Shown here: one piece after another, positions 10,059 through 19,438 of the stretch | Position numbering within the stretch: the first letter of the stretch is position 1 | Layout: every line of letters begins with the position of its first letter | Source of the DNA: Myxococcota bacterium | GTDB lineage: Bacteria; Myxococcota_A; SURF-8 | Assembly (NCBI GenBank): GCA_963674735.2 | Contig: CAXXQS010000001.1 | Span: 2,528,001-2,592,000 of the forward strand | Direction: 5' to 3' | DNA length: 64,000 nt | Program-made: the position numbers and the translations under genes | The notes under the pieces: model-generated | What the model was told of the DNA's origin: nothing | Databases searched by the model: none | What the model saw: the letters and a program-made list of their open reading frames with translations, nothing else

Positions 10059-10313
10059 TTATTCGCCGGTCTCTCCTTCGCTACGTTCTTCTTCCAGGCG
10101 AAAGGAGCTGACAGCATCATCGGCATCCACATCCTTCAACAGAATCTCGACCTTCTTCTCCATCTCGTTGAGACGGGTGCTGCCCCGCTTAACCAGATCC
10201 ACTCCATCTTTGAAGGCTTTTAGCGAGTCCTCCAACGATAACTCGCCGTTTTCCAATTGAGTTACGATACCTTCCAGTTTTTCAACCAAATCTTCAAAGC
10301 GTTCCTGTGCCAC
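10059..10313 (-). CDS. xseB: Exodeoxyribonuclease VII small subunit
   Basis: FEDLVEKLEGIVTQLENGELSLEDSL..F..GV.L; GTG start after RBS AGGAGG. Confidence 0.93.
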   Translation of the reverse strand: MAQERFEDLVEKLEGIVTQLENGELSLEDSLKAFKDGVDLVKRGSTRLNEMEKKVEILLKDVDADDAVSSFRLEEERSEGETGE

Positions 10314-10333
10314 GCAATCCTCCTTTCCGTTCT

Positions 10334-11500
10334 CTACTTCCCTGGATAGATCGGCGACATGGAGCGCAGGCGTTCCACGATGGGCGGCAAGATACTGAGG
10401 ACGTGATCCACTTCATTTTCGCTTGTGAAACGACCAATCGAGAAGCGGAGTGACGCACGGGCTTTCTCGGGAGGCAACCCCATCGCCGTCAACACGTGGC
10501 TGGGCGCATCGGAGCCGGTCGAACAAGCCGAGCCGGACGAAATCGCCACCCCGGCCATGTCGAGCGACAGCAACAGCGCTTCACCTTCGATGTACTCGAA
10601 CACCAGGTTCGTCGTATTGCAAACCCGTCGTTCCGGATCGCCGTTTCTGGATAAATAGGGAATCGCACCCATCAGGCCGCTTTCCAGTTTGTCACGCAAA
10701 GCGGCCACTTCCACCTGTTCATGCTCCAGATTATCGTGGATGATCTGGCAGGCTTTACCCAAAGCCACCACGCCCAAAACATTTTCCGTCCCGGCGCGTC
10801 GCCCTCCCTCTTGATGACCGCCATGCAGCAGATTGTTGATCGTACACCGGGGATGGATGTACTGGCCGCCGATGCCTTTGGGCGCATAAATTTTGTGTCC
10901 GGCAAACGACAAGATATCCACATCCAGATCCTGGACATCCACCGGAATCTTTCCCAGCCCCTGCACGGCATCGGTGTGCATCAGGACGCCTTTTTCATGG
11001 CAAACCGCCGCTATGTCGCGGATAGGATAGATAACGCCGCTCTCATTGTTGGCCATCATGACCGACACCAGAACAGTACGTTCGGTGATGGCCTCAGCCA
11101 CCTGCTCCGGATACAGCCGACCGTGCTCGTCCACAGGGAGGTAGGTCACCCGCGCACCGGCGGCCTCTTCCAGCCAACGGCACGTTCCCAAAACGGCCGG
11201 ATGCTCCACCTCGGTGGTAATGATGTGGTTGCCCTTGTTGCGATTCGCGACAAAAGCGCCCTTGATCGCATGGTTATCCCCTTCCGACCCGCTGCCGGTA
11301 AAGGTGATGTCGCCCGGATCGGCGTTTAGACACCGACCGACCTGCTCGCGTGCCTGAACCACGGCTTCACGCGCCATGCGGCCATAATAATGAAAAGACG
11401 AGGGATTTCCGAAGCTATCCTTTTTCAGATAGGGAATGGCGCGTTCGGCAACCCGCGGATCGACCGGAGTGGTCGCGTTGTAATCCATGTAGATTTTCAT
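10334..11500 (-). CDS. nifS: Cysteine desulfurase (NifS/IscS, group I)
   Basis: IYMDYNATT; EHPAV; MANNESG; HTDAVQ; GHK PLP lysine; SSGSAC catalytic Cys. Confidence 0.93.
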   Translation of the reverse strand: MKIYMDYNATTPVDPRVAERAIPYLKKDSFGNPSSFHYYGRMAREAVVQAREQVGRCLNADPGDITFTGSGSEGDNHAIKGAFVANRNKGNHIITTEVEHPAVLGTCRWLEEAAGARVTYLPVDEHGRLYPEQVAEAITERTVLVSVMMANNESGVIYPIRDIAAVCHEKGVLMHTDAVQGLGKIPVDVQDLDVDILSFAGHKIYAPKGIGGQYIHPRCTINNLLHGGHQEGGRRAGTENVLGVVALGKACQIIHDNLEHEQVEVAALRDKLESGLMGAIPYLSRNGDPERRVCNTTNLVFEYIEGEALLLSLDMAGVAISSGSACSTGSDAPSHVLTAMGLPPEKARASLRFSIGRFTSENEVDHVLSILPPIVERLRSMSPIYPGK

Positions 11501-11625
11501 CTCGATGCTACTCCTATGTAAAACCGGTTGGAGCCTCTATCCGGGATGTCTACTCCATCCGATACGAACACCTGCGAGATTTATCAGAGTTTGACACGAC
11601 GAGCAATGAAAAAGGACCACAGAAG

Positions 11626-12465
11626 TTACTTGCCTAATTTTTTCAAGGCAGCTTTGCTTTTCTTCGCAGAACCGGTTTTGCCATAGCGTTCGATACATTC
11701 TTCGTAAAACAGGCGAGCATCGTCCTTCATACCAAGAGCGCGAAAGCTTTCGCCCAGCATATACAAAGCATCATCCACCGCATCGCCGCCCTTGAAGCGA
11801 TCCACCACCTTCTGAAACTCCATCACCGCCTGATGGTAATTTTTTTCCCGATAGTACGTTTCGCCGATCCAATACTGGGCGTTATCGGCCGATTTGTTTT
11901 TTCCATTTTTCTTGAGAAACAGCGCCATCAGGCGACGACCTTCGACCGTATTCTTTTCTTTGGTAATTAAAACTTTGGCTCGCCGATAGAGCTTGGCCGG
12001 ATCATCGGGGAGCGCTTCAAGCGGCGTTTCCACGATCGCGGTTGTCTGTTTCTTTTTCTTGTCGGGTGGTTCGATGCCAAGCTTGGCTTCGGCCACCAAA
12101 ACTCGCAGTTCCAGCTCCTGTAACTTTTCGGTCAGCTTCCGTTCGCCCTGCTGCAAATCGAATCCGTTTTTTTCCACCATTCCGTTTAGCATGAGCAGAT
12201 CACGTTTGATCCGATTCAGCTCCACATGGTCGCTCGCCGAGGTCAGTTGCGTATGATGCATCAACTTGTCGAGATCACGCCTGATTTCTTCCAGAGTGAC
12301 GCGGTCGTCTTCGGTCTTCTTCGATAAACTCTGCTGCAGGCTTTCAAGCTGAGTTTGATGGGTGATCAGATCCTGCTGCATGCGGTCCCCGTCTTTGGTG
12401 GTGACGCATCCGGCCATGAAACCCATCACGAGAATCCCAGTGACTATCCAACTCAAATATCGCAT
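11626..12465 (-). CDS. cpoB: Tol-Pal system protein YbgF/CpoB (lipoprotein, coiled coil + TPR)
   Basis: Lipobox MAGC; ADNAQYWIGETYY; DDALYMLG; located downstream of pal. Confidence 0.85.
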   Translation of the reverse strand: MRYLSWIVTGILVMGFMAGCVTTKDGDRMQQDLITHQTQLESLQQSLSKKTEDDRVTLEEIRRDLDKLMHHTQLTSASDHVELNRIKRDLLMLNGMVEKNGFDLQQGERKLTEKLQELELRVLVAEAKLGIEPPDKKKKQTTAIVETPLEALPDDPAKLYRRAKVLITKEKNTVEGRRLMALFLKKNGKNKSADNAQYWIGETYYREKNYHQAVMEFQKVVDRFKGGDAVDDALYMLGESFRALGMKDDARLFYEECIERYGKTGSAKKSKAALKKLGK

Positions 12466-12478
12466 GATCTCTCCGCAC

Positions 12479-12525
12479 AAAAAAATACGGATGCCCCTTC
12501 ACGCCGGGGCGAAAGGGACATCCGT
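12479..12525 (-). terminator. Intrinsic terminator-like hairpin between pal and cpoB
   Basis: Minus strand ACGGATGTCCCTTTCGCC..GGCGTGAAGGGGCATCCGT followed by ATTTTTTT. Confidence 0.7.
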
Positions 12526-12550
12526 TCGGTTGTGTTTTCGAAAGACAGTC

Positions 12551-13210
12551 TTATTCGACCACCGTCTCGGCACGACGGTTTTTCGTCCAGGCCTCTTCAT
12601 TATGTCCATACTCCAACGGCCGTTCTTCACCGTAGGAAAGGACATTCAGCTTCGTGGTGTCGACACCGAGATCCACCAGGAAGTCTTTAACCGATTGGGC
12701 GCGTTTCTGGCCAAGCGACAGATTGTATTCGATGGAGCCGCGCTCATCGCAATGGCCTTCGATGACAATGCGAGCCGGATTGCGACGTTTGAGGCAATCG
12801 GCATTGGCGCGCAACTGGCTCTGCGCTTCGGAGGTGAGGTAATATTCGTTGAAGTCGAAGTTGACACGCTGGATATCGCAGGCAATGGCCGCACAGCGAT
12901 TGTTGGCGCATTCTTCGCCCGCTCCGCAATCGGAATCGACACGGCATTCATACTTGCAATCGCCATTGACACAGATTTTGTTGTCGCTGCAATCGGCGGC
13001 GCTGGTGCATTCGGGAGGCGGCGCAGCCTGCACTCTCATGATGCAACGGCCACCCTCGCAATTTTTACCTTCCGGGCAATCCAGATCATCATCACACTCC
13101 GGCAAAGGAGGAGGTGGGCCATCATCTCCACACCCTACCATGACCGAGACCATCAGCAACGCCGTACAGGCAAGGATGAATAGAGCACCCGCCCAATTCG
13201 ATTTCCTCAT
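12551..13210 (-). CDS. pal: Peptidoglycan-associated lipoprotein (OmpA_C domain) with three Cys-rich N-terminal modules
   Basis: Lipobox MVGC; VNFDFN; IEGHCDERGSIEYNLSLGQKRA; SYGEERP; KNRRAE. Confidence 0.9.
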   Translation of the reverse strand: MRKSNWAGALFILACTALLMVSVMVGCGDDGPPPPLPECDDDLDCPEGKNCEGGRCIMRVQAAPPPECTSAADCSDNKICVNGDCKYECRVDSDCGAGEECANNRCAAIACDIQRVNFDFNEYYLTSEAQSQLRANADCLKRRNPARIVIEGHCDERGSIEYNLSLGQKRAQSVKDFLVDLGVDTTKLNVLSYGEERPLEYGHNEEAWTKNRRAETVVE

Positions 13211-13623
13211 TTCCAGTCCTCCTCAATTTAACGCTTCGAATACCCGTTGGTACACTTATTCCGTTGTTAACCGATTCACACGTAAGCTACGCTTATGAAC
13301 TCCCCAACATGCAAGGTTTATGAGTGTTTCCCCTGGGAGATCGTTATCGTTCGCCAACTCGTCTAAGGTGCTAAAAACAATAATAAACTTCACCCATATT
13401 GTCAAATTTATTTATAAGCGCCCTCCGTAGGGGAAGCGAATTTCCCCACCAAACGTGCTTGTTGTATCTATTGCGCCTGCGTCTGTCAAGCAGAATCCAT
13501 CATCGCTAAACAATATTTTCTTGTACCCAGCGGCCGGATTCGTTACACTCCCGACGGCATTACGCCCCGACATCGATTTGGTGTATAGATGTTGGAAATG
13601 TTTGATTTTCTAAGAGGAATAAC

Positions 13624-15264
13624 ATGAGCGACCCGATCGACCGCGAACCGACCTTCGAAGAGCTTTTCAACGCTTCTCCAGAAACCCCCGAAGACGATCT
13701 TGTTGTGGGTGATGACGTAACCGGAACGGTCGTCATGATCAATAAAGAAAGCGTCTTCATCGACTACGGCGGGAAGTCGGAAGGCTGGGCCGACCGTAGC
13801 GAATTCTTTAACGAAGAGGATGAATTGACGGTCGCGGTCGGGGATGAAGTTACCCTTAAATTAGTCAACTACGGACGCTCGGGAGCCCAACTCGGCAAAA
13901 CCATGCGCGGTCGCCCCGGCGAATCGGGCTGGAGACTGCTCGAAGACGCCCAGGCCGCGGATGTTTCCGTGGAAGGTGTTGTCAGCGGCACGAACAAGGG
14001 TGGCTTTGAAATCACCGTCGGCGGCGCCAAAGCCTTTTGTCCCATTTCGCAGATCGACATCAACTACTGCGAAGACCCGGAGGTCTTTGTCGGCCAAACC
14101 CTTCCGTTTGCCGTCGTTGAAATCGATACATCCAGCCATCGGGCCGTTCTGTCCCGACGCCGTTTGCTGCAGCAAGAACGCGACAAACTGGCAGTCGTAA
14201 CCCGGGAACGCCTGGAAGTCGGTGTCGATTTCGAAGGGGTTGTGACTCGGCTCATTCCAAGCGGGGCCATCGTCGACATCGGAGGCCTCGATGGTTTCGT
14301 GCACGTCTCCGAAATCAGCCGCGAACATGTGGCCGATCCGGCCGATCGGCTGAAACGGGGCGATAACGTAAGCGTGCGCGTCACCCGCATCGGCACGGAC
14401 GACAAAGGGCGCGACCGCATCGGGCTTTCGATGCGCGCGCTGGAACCCGACCCCTGGGAAGAAGGGCTGGGTGTACAAGAAGGAGACCGCATTCGCGGTA
14501 TCGTGCGCCGTTTGGCCGCTTTCGGGGCGTTTGTCGAAATCATGCCGGGAGTCGATGGCCTGGTGCCAATTTCCGAAATCGCCTGGGAACGAATCGGACA
14601 TCCATCCGAGAAGCTGTGCGAAAACCAGAATATCGAAATCGAGGTGATGTCCGTCGATTACGAACGCCAGCGCATCAGCCTGTCGTATAAAGCCACCTTA
14701 CCGCCCCCGGCCCCGGTCGAACACAAAGTGGATGACCGGGAAACACGTAGCGGCAACGTGATCCGGCGTCGGACTGATCGGGGATCGAAAGCCGAAGTCG
14801 TCGAGGAGGCACCCGTGGTGGATTCCCGTCCTCCGAGCGATGCCTGGGCCGAAGCGGATGCGGAAGCCAACGCCAAAGCGCTTTCCGACGCCATGGACGA
14901 CTCGAAGGAAGTGGCTACGCTGAAAACCCCACGCATCGGAGTCGTCACCACCGGTGTCGTATCGGCCATTATGCCATACGGTATGTTCATCGATCTTCCC
15001 GAATGCGGAGCCAAAGCACGCGGACTCGTTCACAACAGCGAACTCGGCGGTGTCGCCTCCAACCCGCAGCAGGGTATTCAGGAAGGGGACAGCATCGAGG
15101 TGGAAATCGTCAAGATCGATGAATTGGGTCGTTTGGGATTGAGCCGCAAAGCCGTCATCGAACGACGCGAACGCGAAGAACTTGCACGTTTTCAGAAGGA
15201 CGAAAGCCGCGTGAAGATGAATCCGCTGGCCGCCAAGCTGGCCAATTTGAAGCTGAATAAGTAA
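13624..15264 (+). CDS. S1 RNA-binding domain protein (RpsA-like, probably a paralog)
   Basis: Five S1 repeats (VFIDYGGKSEG; AFCPISQID; DGFVHVSEIS; DGLVPISEI; GLVHNSEL), with a long linker before the last. Confidence 0.85.
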   Translation: MSDPIDREPTFEELFNASPETPEDDLVVGDDVTGTVVMINKESVFIDYGGKSEGWADRSEFFNEEDELTVAVGDEVTLKLVNYGRSGAQLGKTMRGRPGESGWRLLEDAQAADVSVEGVVSGTNKGGFEITVGGAKAFCPISQIDINYCEDPEVFVGQTLPFAVVEIDTSSHRAVLSRRRLLQQERDKLAVVTRERLEVGVDFEGVVTRLIPSGAIVDIGGLDGFVHVSEISREHVADPADRLKRGDNVSVRVTRIGTDDKGRDRIGLSMRALEPDPWEEGLGVQEGDRIRGIVRRLAAFGAFVEIMPGVDGLVPISEIAWERIGHPSEKLCENQNIEIEVMSVDYERQRISLSYKATLPPPAPVEHKVDDRETRSGNVIRRRTDRGSKAEVVEEAPVVDSRPPSDAWAEADAEANAKALSDAMDDSKEVATLKTPRIGVVTTGVVSAIMPYGMFIDLPECGAKARGLVHNSELGGVASNPQQGIQEGDSIEVEIVKIDELGRLGLSRKAVIERREREELARFQKDESRVKMNPLAAKLANLKLNK

Positions 15265-15292
15265 TCCGAAATATCAAAGTCGGGTGGCGCAA

Positions 15293-17380
15293 TCAGTCCA
15301 TGGCCACCTTGATGCCCAGCCAACCGGTCGCGCCCGCTTCGGGAAAGCCCCAGCGTGTCTGGTAGTTGGCGTCTAACAGATTATCGCCGCGCAACCAGAT
15401 GGAGAACCGGGGCATAGGTCGAAATTCGACCCGTGCGCCCAGCACGTAATACATACCCAGTTCCCCCCAGCGCAAGCTTTCGGTATTGATGAAATCCTGT
15501 GGTCCGACCACTTCAAGACGCGAGCTGATCGATAACCAGCGCAACGGTTCGTTTTTCACAAAAAGCGTGGCCTTATGAGCCGGACGATATTCGAGGCGGT
15601 CGTCGGGCGAATCGAGGTCGAGCCGTTTCGCATATAAGTAGGCATAACCGGCCGCGATAAAGAAGCCATAGTCGAGCCGCAGTTCGGCATCGAACTCCGC
15701 TCCCGCCAAGCGGATATCGCCCAGATTGCGCATCTGCGTGCGACCGTCGCCGAGGGGCTGCTCATCGATCAACCCCGACACCTCCGATTCGAAACCGCCG
15801 AAGCGCAAGCGCGCCACGGTCCCAATCCGCCAACTCAGATCAAGCCCGAAATTCCAGGAGGTTTCCGGGCTGAGGTTGGAATTGGGTACACGCCGATCGA
15901 AAGCCGACGAAAAACGTTCCGATAATGTCGGAAAACGTCCCCGGCGCGCGGCCACGACTTCGATCACCACATCGGAATGTGGATTGATACGCATTTCCAC
16001 CATCGGTCCTCCCAGCCAGGCGAAACCATCGTCCGATCCTTCAGGGAAGTCCAGGGGGAAATCGAAACTGGTCTGGTGCCCGAGAATGGTGCTGACATAG
16101 CGATTCCACACCACTTCCAATTCATTCCCCGCCATCAATCGAACCACTGAAACGGCATCCTGGTCGGGTTGTTCACGCCAGTCTTCCGCGTGGCGGTCCA
16201 TCCTGGCCGTATAGAGCCCACGAAAATGCAGCGTCTCGATCACCGGCAGATCGAATGTGGAATTCATCTTGAGACGTCCGCCGAAGATGGAATCGTTGAA
16301 GGTCGACTGAAAGGCACGCGGCGAATCCTGTGTGATGTAACCATCGTTGTCGAAACTGTCGAGGGTATTGCTGAGGAAGGATGCAAACACCGTTTCTTCA
16401 ATCGTTAAGAAACCTAAATAGCGCCCTTTGTGGGAAAGGCTCACATTGAGATCCCGCCAGTCCGACCAACGCCAGAAACGTGGATTGCTTTCGTAAACAT
16501 TGGACGGAATCCCGTACGCGCCCTGAAAATGCGTCAGATTCAGATTGAGGGTGTGATGCGGGGCGAGCCGCAGTTTACCCTTGCCCGACACGTGCCAGTC
16601 GAAGCTGTCCGAGTTGTTGCGCTCGCCACCTTCCTCGTTTTTCGCTCCCTTGAAAGCGCTGGGCAAACGAAAACCGCCGATCCGTTCAAGCCCTCCTGCC
16701 ACGATCCAAGCCCCCGGCCCCTTCACGCCGCTGGCGCTCATGGAGATCTTCTCGCCCTCGATCAATCGCAGTTCAGCCGTAGTTTCATAATGCGGCGAAG
16801 ACCCCGGCTTGCGGGTGACGATGTTCACCGCGCCCCCCATACCACCCTGGCCATACCCGACACTGCCGCTTCCTTTGATCACGTCGATCCGTTGAACCAG
16901 TTCGCTCGGAACCTTCCCCAAATCGATTCGCCCGCTATACGGAAACAACAACGGCAGTCCATCGATCAAAACCAGCACCTGACGTTGATCGAACCCGCGA
17001 ATGGTAAAAATTCGCTCGCCACGCGCGGTACGCCCTGCCTGCACCGCAGGCAGGGAATCGAGCACCTCCACGACACGTGTCGCGCCCAGATCCTGGATCG
17101 CTTCACGACTGACCGATTGTACGGCCACCCCGGCATGTTTGACACGACGCCCGGCAACCGTTACTTCTCCCAACGTCGCCGGTTGTTCTTCCGCCGATGA
17201 TGGCGATTCTTCCTCGGCAGATGCTTCGGTGGAATCGCTCCTATCGGTCGTCTCTGTGGAATCCACGCCTCCGCCCTTGGCTTCTTCGGCTCCGACCCTT
17301 CCCCCGATCGTTAGCAACCCCAACACCAGACTCCAGATGAGGAGCCATCTCGGCCACATGTTTTTTACCCGTAATGTCAA
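15293..17380 (-). CDS. TonB-dependent receptor
   Basis: Signal peptide; TonB box LGEVTVAG; plug motifs FTIRGF and VQRIDVIKGSGSVGYGQGGMGGAVNIVT; L.PETS; DNLLDANY C-terminal signature. Confidence 0.92.
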   Translation of the reverse strand: MTLRVKNMWPRWLLIWSLVLGLLTIGGRVGAEEAKGGGVDSTETTDRSDSTEASAEEESPSSAEEQPATLGEVTVAGRRVKHAGVAVQSVSREAIQDLGATRVVEVLDSLPAVQAGRTARGERIFTIRGFDQRQVLVLIDGLPLLFPYSGRIDLGKVPSELVQRIDVIKGSGSVGYGQGGMGGAVNIVTRKPGSSPHYETTAELRLIEGEKISMSASGVKGPGAWIVAGGLERIGGFRLPSAFKGAKNEEGGERNNSDSFDWHVSGKGKLRLAPHHTLNLNLTHFQGAYGIPSNVYESNPRFWRWSDWRDLNVSLSHKGRYLGFLTIEETVFASFLSNTLDSFDNDGYITQDSPRAFQSTFNDSIFGGRLKMNSTFDLPVIETLHFRGLYTARMDRHAEDWREQPDQDAVSVVRLMAGNELEVVWNRYVSTILGHQTSFDFPLDFPEGSDDGFAWLGGPMVEMRINPHSDVVIEVVAARRGRFPTLSERFSSAFDRRVPNSNLSPETSWNFGLDLSWRIGTVARLRFGGFESEVSGLIDEQPLGDGRTQMRNLGDIRLAGAEFDAELRLDYGFFIAAGYAYLYAKRLDLDSPDDRLEYRPAHKATLFVKNEPLRWLSISSRLEVVGPQDFINTESLRWGELGMYYVLGARVEFRPMPRFSIWLRGDNLLDANYQTRWGFPEAGATGWLGIKVAMD

Positions 17381-18543
17381 AGGCTTTCCTTTTCGTTGCC
17401 GAGTTTTGCTTCCGACGATTCTTCCCTAACCGCCGTCACGACTTCTTCGAGAAACCGCGCTTGCTCATCTTCGGAAGCGGGTAAAAGCAAATCCTGATGT
17501 TCCGCATAACCCAAACGGGCCGCGACCAGGTCCACCATGTTCTGCCGGACACTCAACACCCAAACGCCGCCCTGTGAAGGGAGCGTGCGCGCCAAAATCG
17601 GCCAGTGCCCTTCTCCACGCACTTCCAAACGGCCGATTTCATCCACGATCCACACTTTCCTGGAGTGAGTATCCATTTCCAAATGCACGGCGGCGCGCGC
17701 AAAGACCGTCTCATCGAATGTCCAACGTTTGCCGCTACCCCGCTCGCCACCACGAGCCAAACTCAACCTCGGGCCATCGGGTAAAAAGGCAAGATCGTAA
17801 CCCGCCTCCGCCCCCGGCCCAAACAGCGACGGCTGGATAAAACCACCCGGCGGATATCCGGCCTCACTCAAACGAGTCACCAAGGTTTCCAGCAGGCGGC
17901 TCTTGCCACTGCCCGGAGGTCCACTGACGATAAACAGCTTGGCTGCCCGCCGCGGCGCGCTCCAGACAGAGGCGTCACGTCCGATTTCGTCGGCCAGATC
18001 GGCCGCATAGGCCACCATACGTGCCAGCCGTTCGGTGGGTCCACCTTTCACGTTGCGCCCGAAACCGCGTCGCCAGCCCTTCATCATCTGCGGCAACAGT
18101 TCGACCCCGAGGGCAAAGGCTCCACCCGCTTGCGGAAAACCGATGCGTGAAAAGGCACGCACCATGCGGTCGGGGGTGATTTTGCGCGATAATCCCATAA
18201 TGAGCGAAACCATGATCCCCATACGAAAAACAATCAGGATTCCGGTTGTAAAGCCATCGATCGAGATGGGAAGGCCGTGCCATTCCCCGTGGCGCTTTCC
18301 GAGAAACAATCCCGATAACGCCGCGATGGTCAAACCGATCACCCAAAAGCGCGGATTGCCCACCATGCGCAACAGGCTGCGCTCCGTCACGGCAAACAAA
18401 CCCAGTAAAAGCGCCAATCCCAAAGCAGCTAAAGGCAACGACCCGGGCAACTGCAGGCCGATCGCCACCACCCCCGTCAACCCCATCAGCCACAAAGGGC
18501 ATTTTCGTTCGGGACGGCGCTCCAGGCGCAAGCGGTCAGACAC
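17377..18543 (-). CDS. Membrane protein with EcfT/CbiQ-like N-terminal domain fused to a THEP1/DUF2478-type NTPase
   Basis: GTG start at 18543 after GGAGGAGG, overlapping the upstream stop; about 4 TM helices; ITPDRMVRAFSRIGFP...ELLPQM; Walker A GPPGSGKS; GGF; GYDL; Walker B IVDEIGRLE. Confidence 0.75.
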   Translation of the reverse strand: MSDRLRLERRPERKCPLWLMGLTGVVAIGLQLPGSLPLAALGLALLLGLFAVTERSLLRMVGNPRFWVIGLTIAALSGLFLGKRHGEWHGLPISIDGFTTGILIVFRMGIMVSLIMGLSRKITPDRMVRAFSRIGFPQAGGAFALGVELLPQMMKGWRRGFGRNVKGGPTERLARMVAYAADLADEIGRDASVWSAPRRAAKLFIVSGPPGSGKSRLLETLVTRLSEAGYPPGGFIQPSLFGPGAEAGYDLAFLPDGPRLSLARGGERGSGKRWTFDETVFARAAVHLEMDTHSRKVWIVDEIGRLEVRGEGHWPILARTLPSQGGVWVLSVRQNMVDLVAARLGYAEHQDLLLPASEDEQARFLEEVVTAVREESSEAKLGNEKESL

Positions 18544-19165
18544 GGTCGGCCTCCTCCCGCAGACGAAGAACGCGCCGCCCGAGATAGACACCGTAAGCTC
18601 CGAAAACAGCCCCGATTGAAAACGTCAGCGCCACCACCAACACAATCGCCCAGACACCCCATTCATCCCCTGCGCCGATCCAGCGGATCATCCGCTCCAG
18701 CATGGCGACATACAACCGCATCATGTCCCAACCGTAGATGAACATGACGGCAATCAGCGTTTGGACGATCACCGATAGCGTCACCAACCCGCCGATGAAC
18801 ACACCGGCCGGATAGCGCATCGGACGACGCCCGGCCAGCAGGTCGACGATCAGGCTCTCCATGGCAATGCCCAGCATGGGAATCACGATGATCACGCCGG
18901 GGGATATCAGTTTGAGCAGCATGCAGACCGCCCCCACCCGCAACGCGAGACCTCGACGCGGGTAGAGGGTGTGTCCGGCGATCAGAATCACGGCCCCGAC
19001 CCCCGCCATCCATACGCCTGAAAACGGGACTCTGAGGGCGTGCAGCAAGGTTCCCAGGGTCACTTCCAAACCGCCCCAGAGCGCCCCGAAAACCGTCGCC
19101 TGTATCCACAGATTGCTGAGTTTCGCGGGAATCGCAAGAGATGAATCGGTGCTTTCCTGGGCCAT
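18536..19165 (-). CDS. Integral membrane protein, ECF S-component-like
   Basis: 209 aa, 5-6 hydrophobic helices; FGALWGGLEVTLGTLLHALRVPFSG motif. The ECF assignment is inference. Confidence 0.65.
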   Translation of the reverse strand: MAQESTDSSLAIPAKLSNLWIQATVFGALWGGLEVTLGTLLHALRVPFSGVWMAGVGAVILIAGHTLYPRRGLALRVGAVCMLLKLISPGVIIVIPMLGIAMESLIVDLLAGRRPMRYPAGVFIGGLVTLSVIVQTLIAVMFIYGWDMMRLYVAMLERMIRWIGAGDEWGVWAIVLVVALTFSIGAVFGAYGVYLGRRVLRLREEADRV

Positions 19166-19304
19166 ACGTGGTTTCCTTGTCAGCTGCATTGCGCCTCTTG
19201 CATAACAAGCGGGATACACGTCGGTCAAGGAAATAGGTCGAACCCATCCGTGCTTCCATTTCCAAGATGGAATAAACACACTCAAATTCCCGTCGGTCAT
19301 TGAG

Positions 19305-19332
19305 TTGACAGAACGCCCGAGCAGGCTACAAT
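19305..19332 (+). promoter_or_regulatory. Sigma70 promoter for sucCD
   Basis: TTGACA-N16-TACAAT upstream of sucC. Confidence 0.65.
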
Positions 19333-19438
19333 GCCACAAGCTCCGGCACACTCCCTTGATCCATCCGGCATCGGTCAACACGCATGGGGATCGTGAAGCA
19401 GGCATTGGGATTCCGAGTTAGCTAAAGCGAGGAGGCAC

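Noticed and set aside
13211-13623. 413-nt AT-rich intergenic region as a possible sRNA
   Set aside because: No recognisable ncRNA motif or terminator; consistent with divergent promoters and leaders
19166-19438. Cobalamin or other riboswitch upstream of the TBDR operon
   Set aside because: No B12-box or GGGAA...GCCACTG elements seen; only promoter-like sequence and a short TTCCAT-N7-ATGGAA dyad
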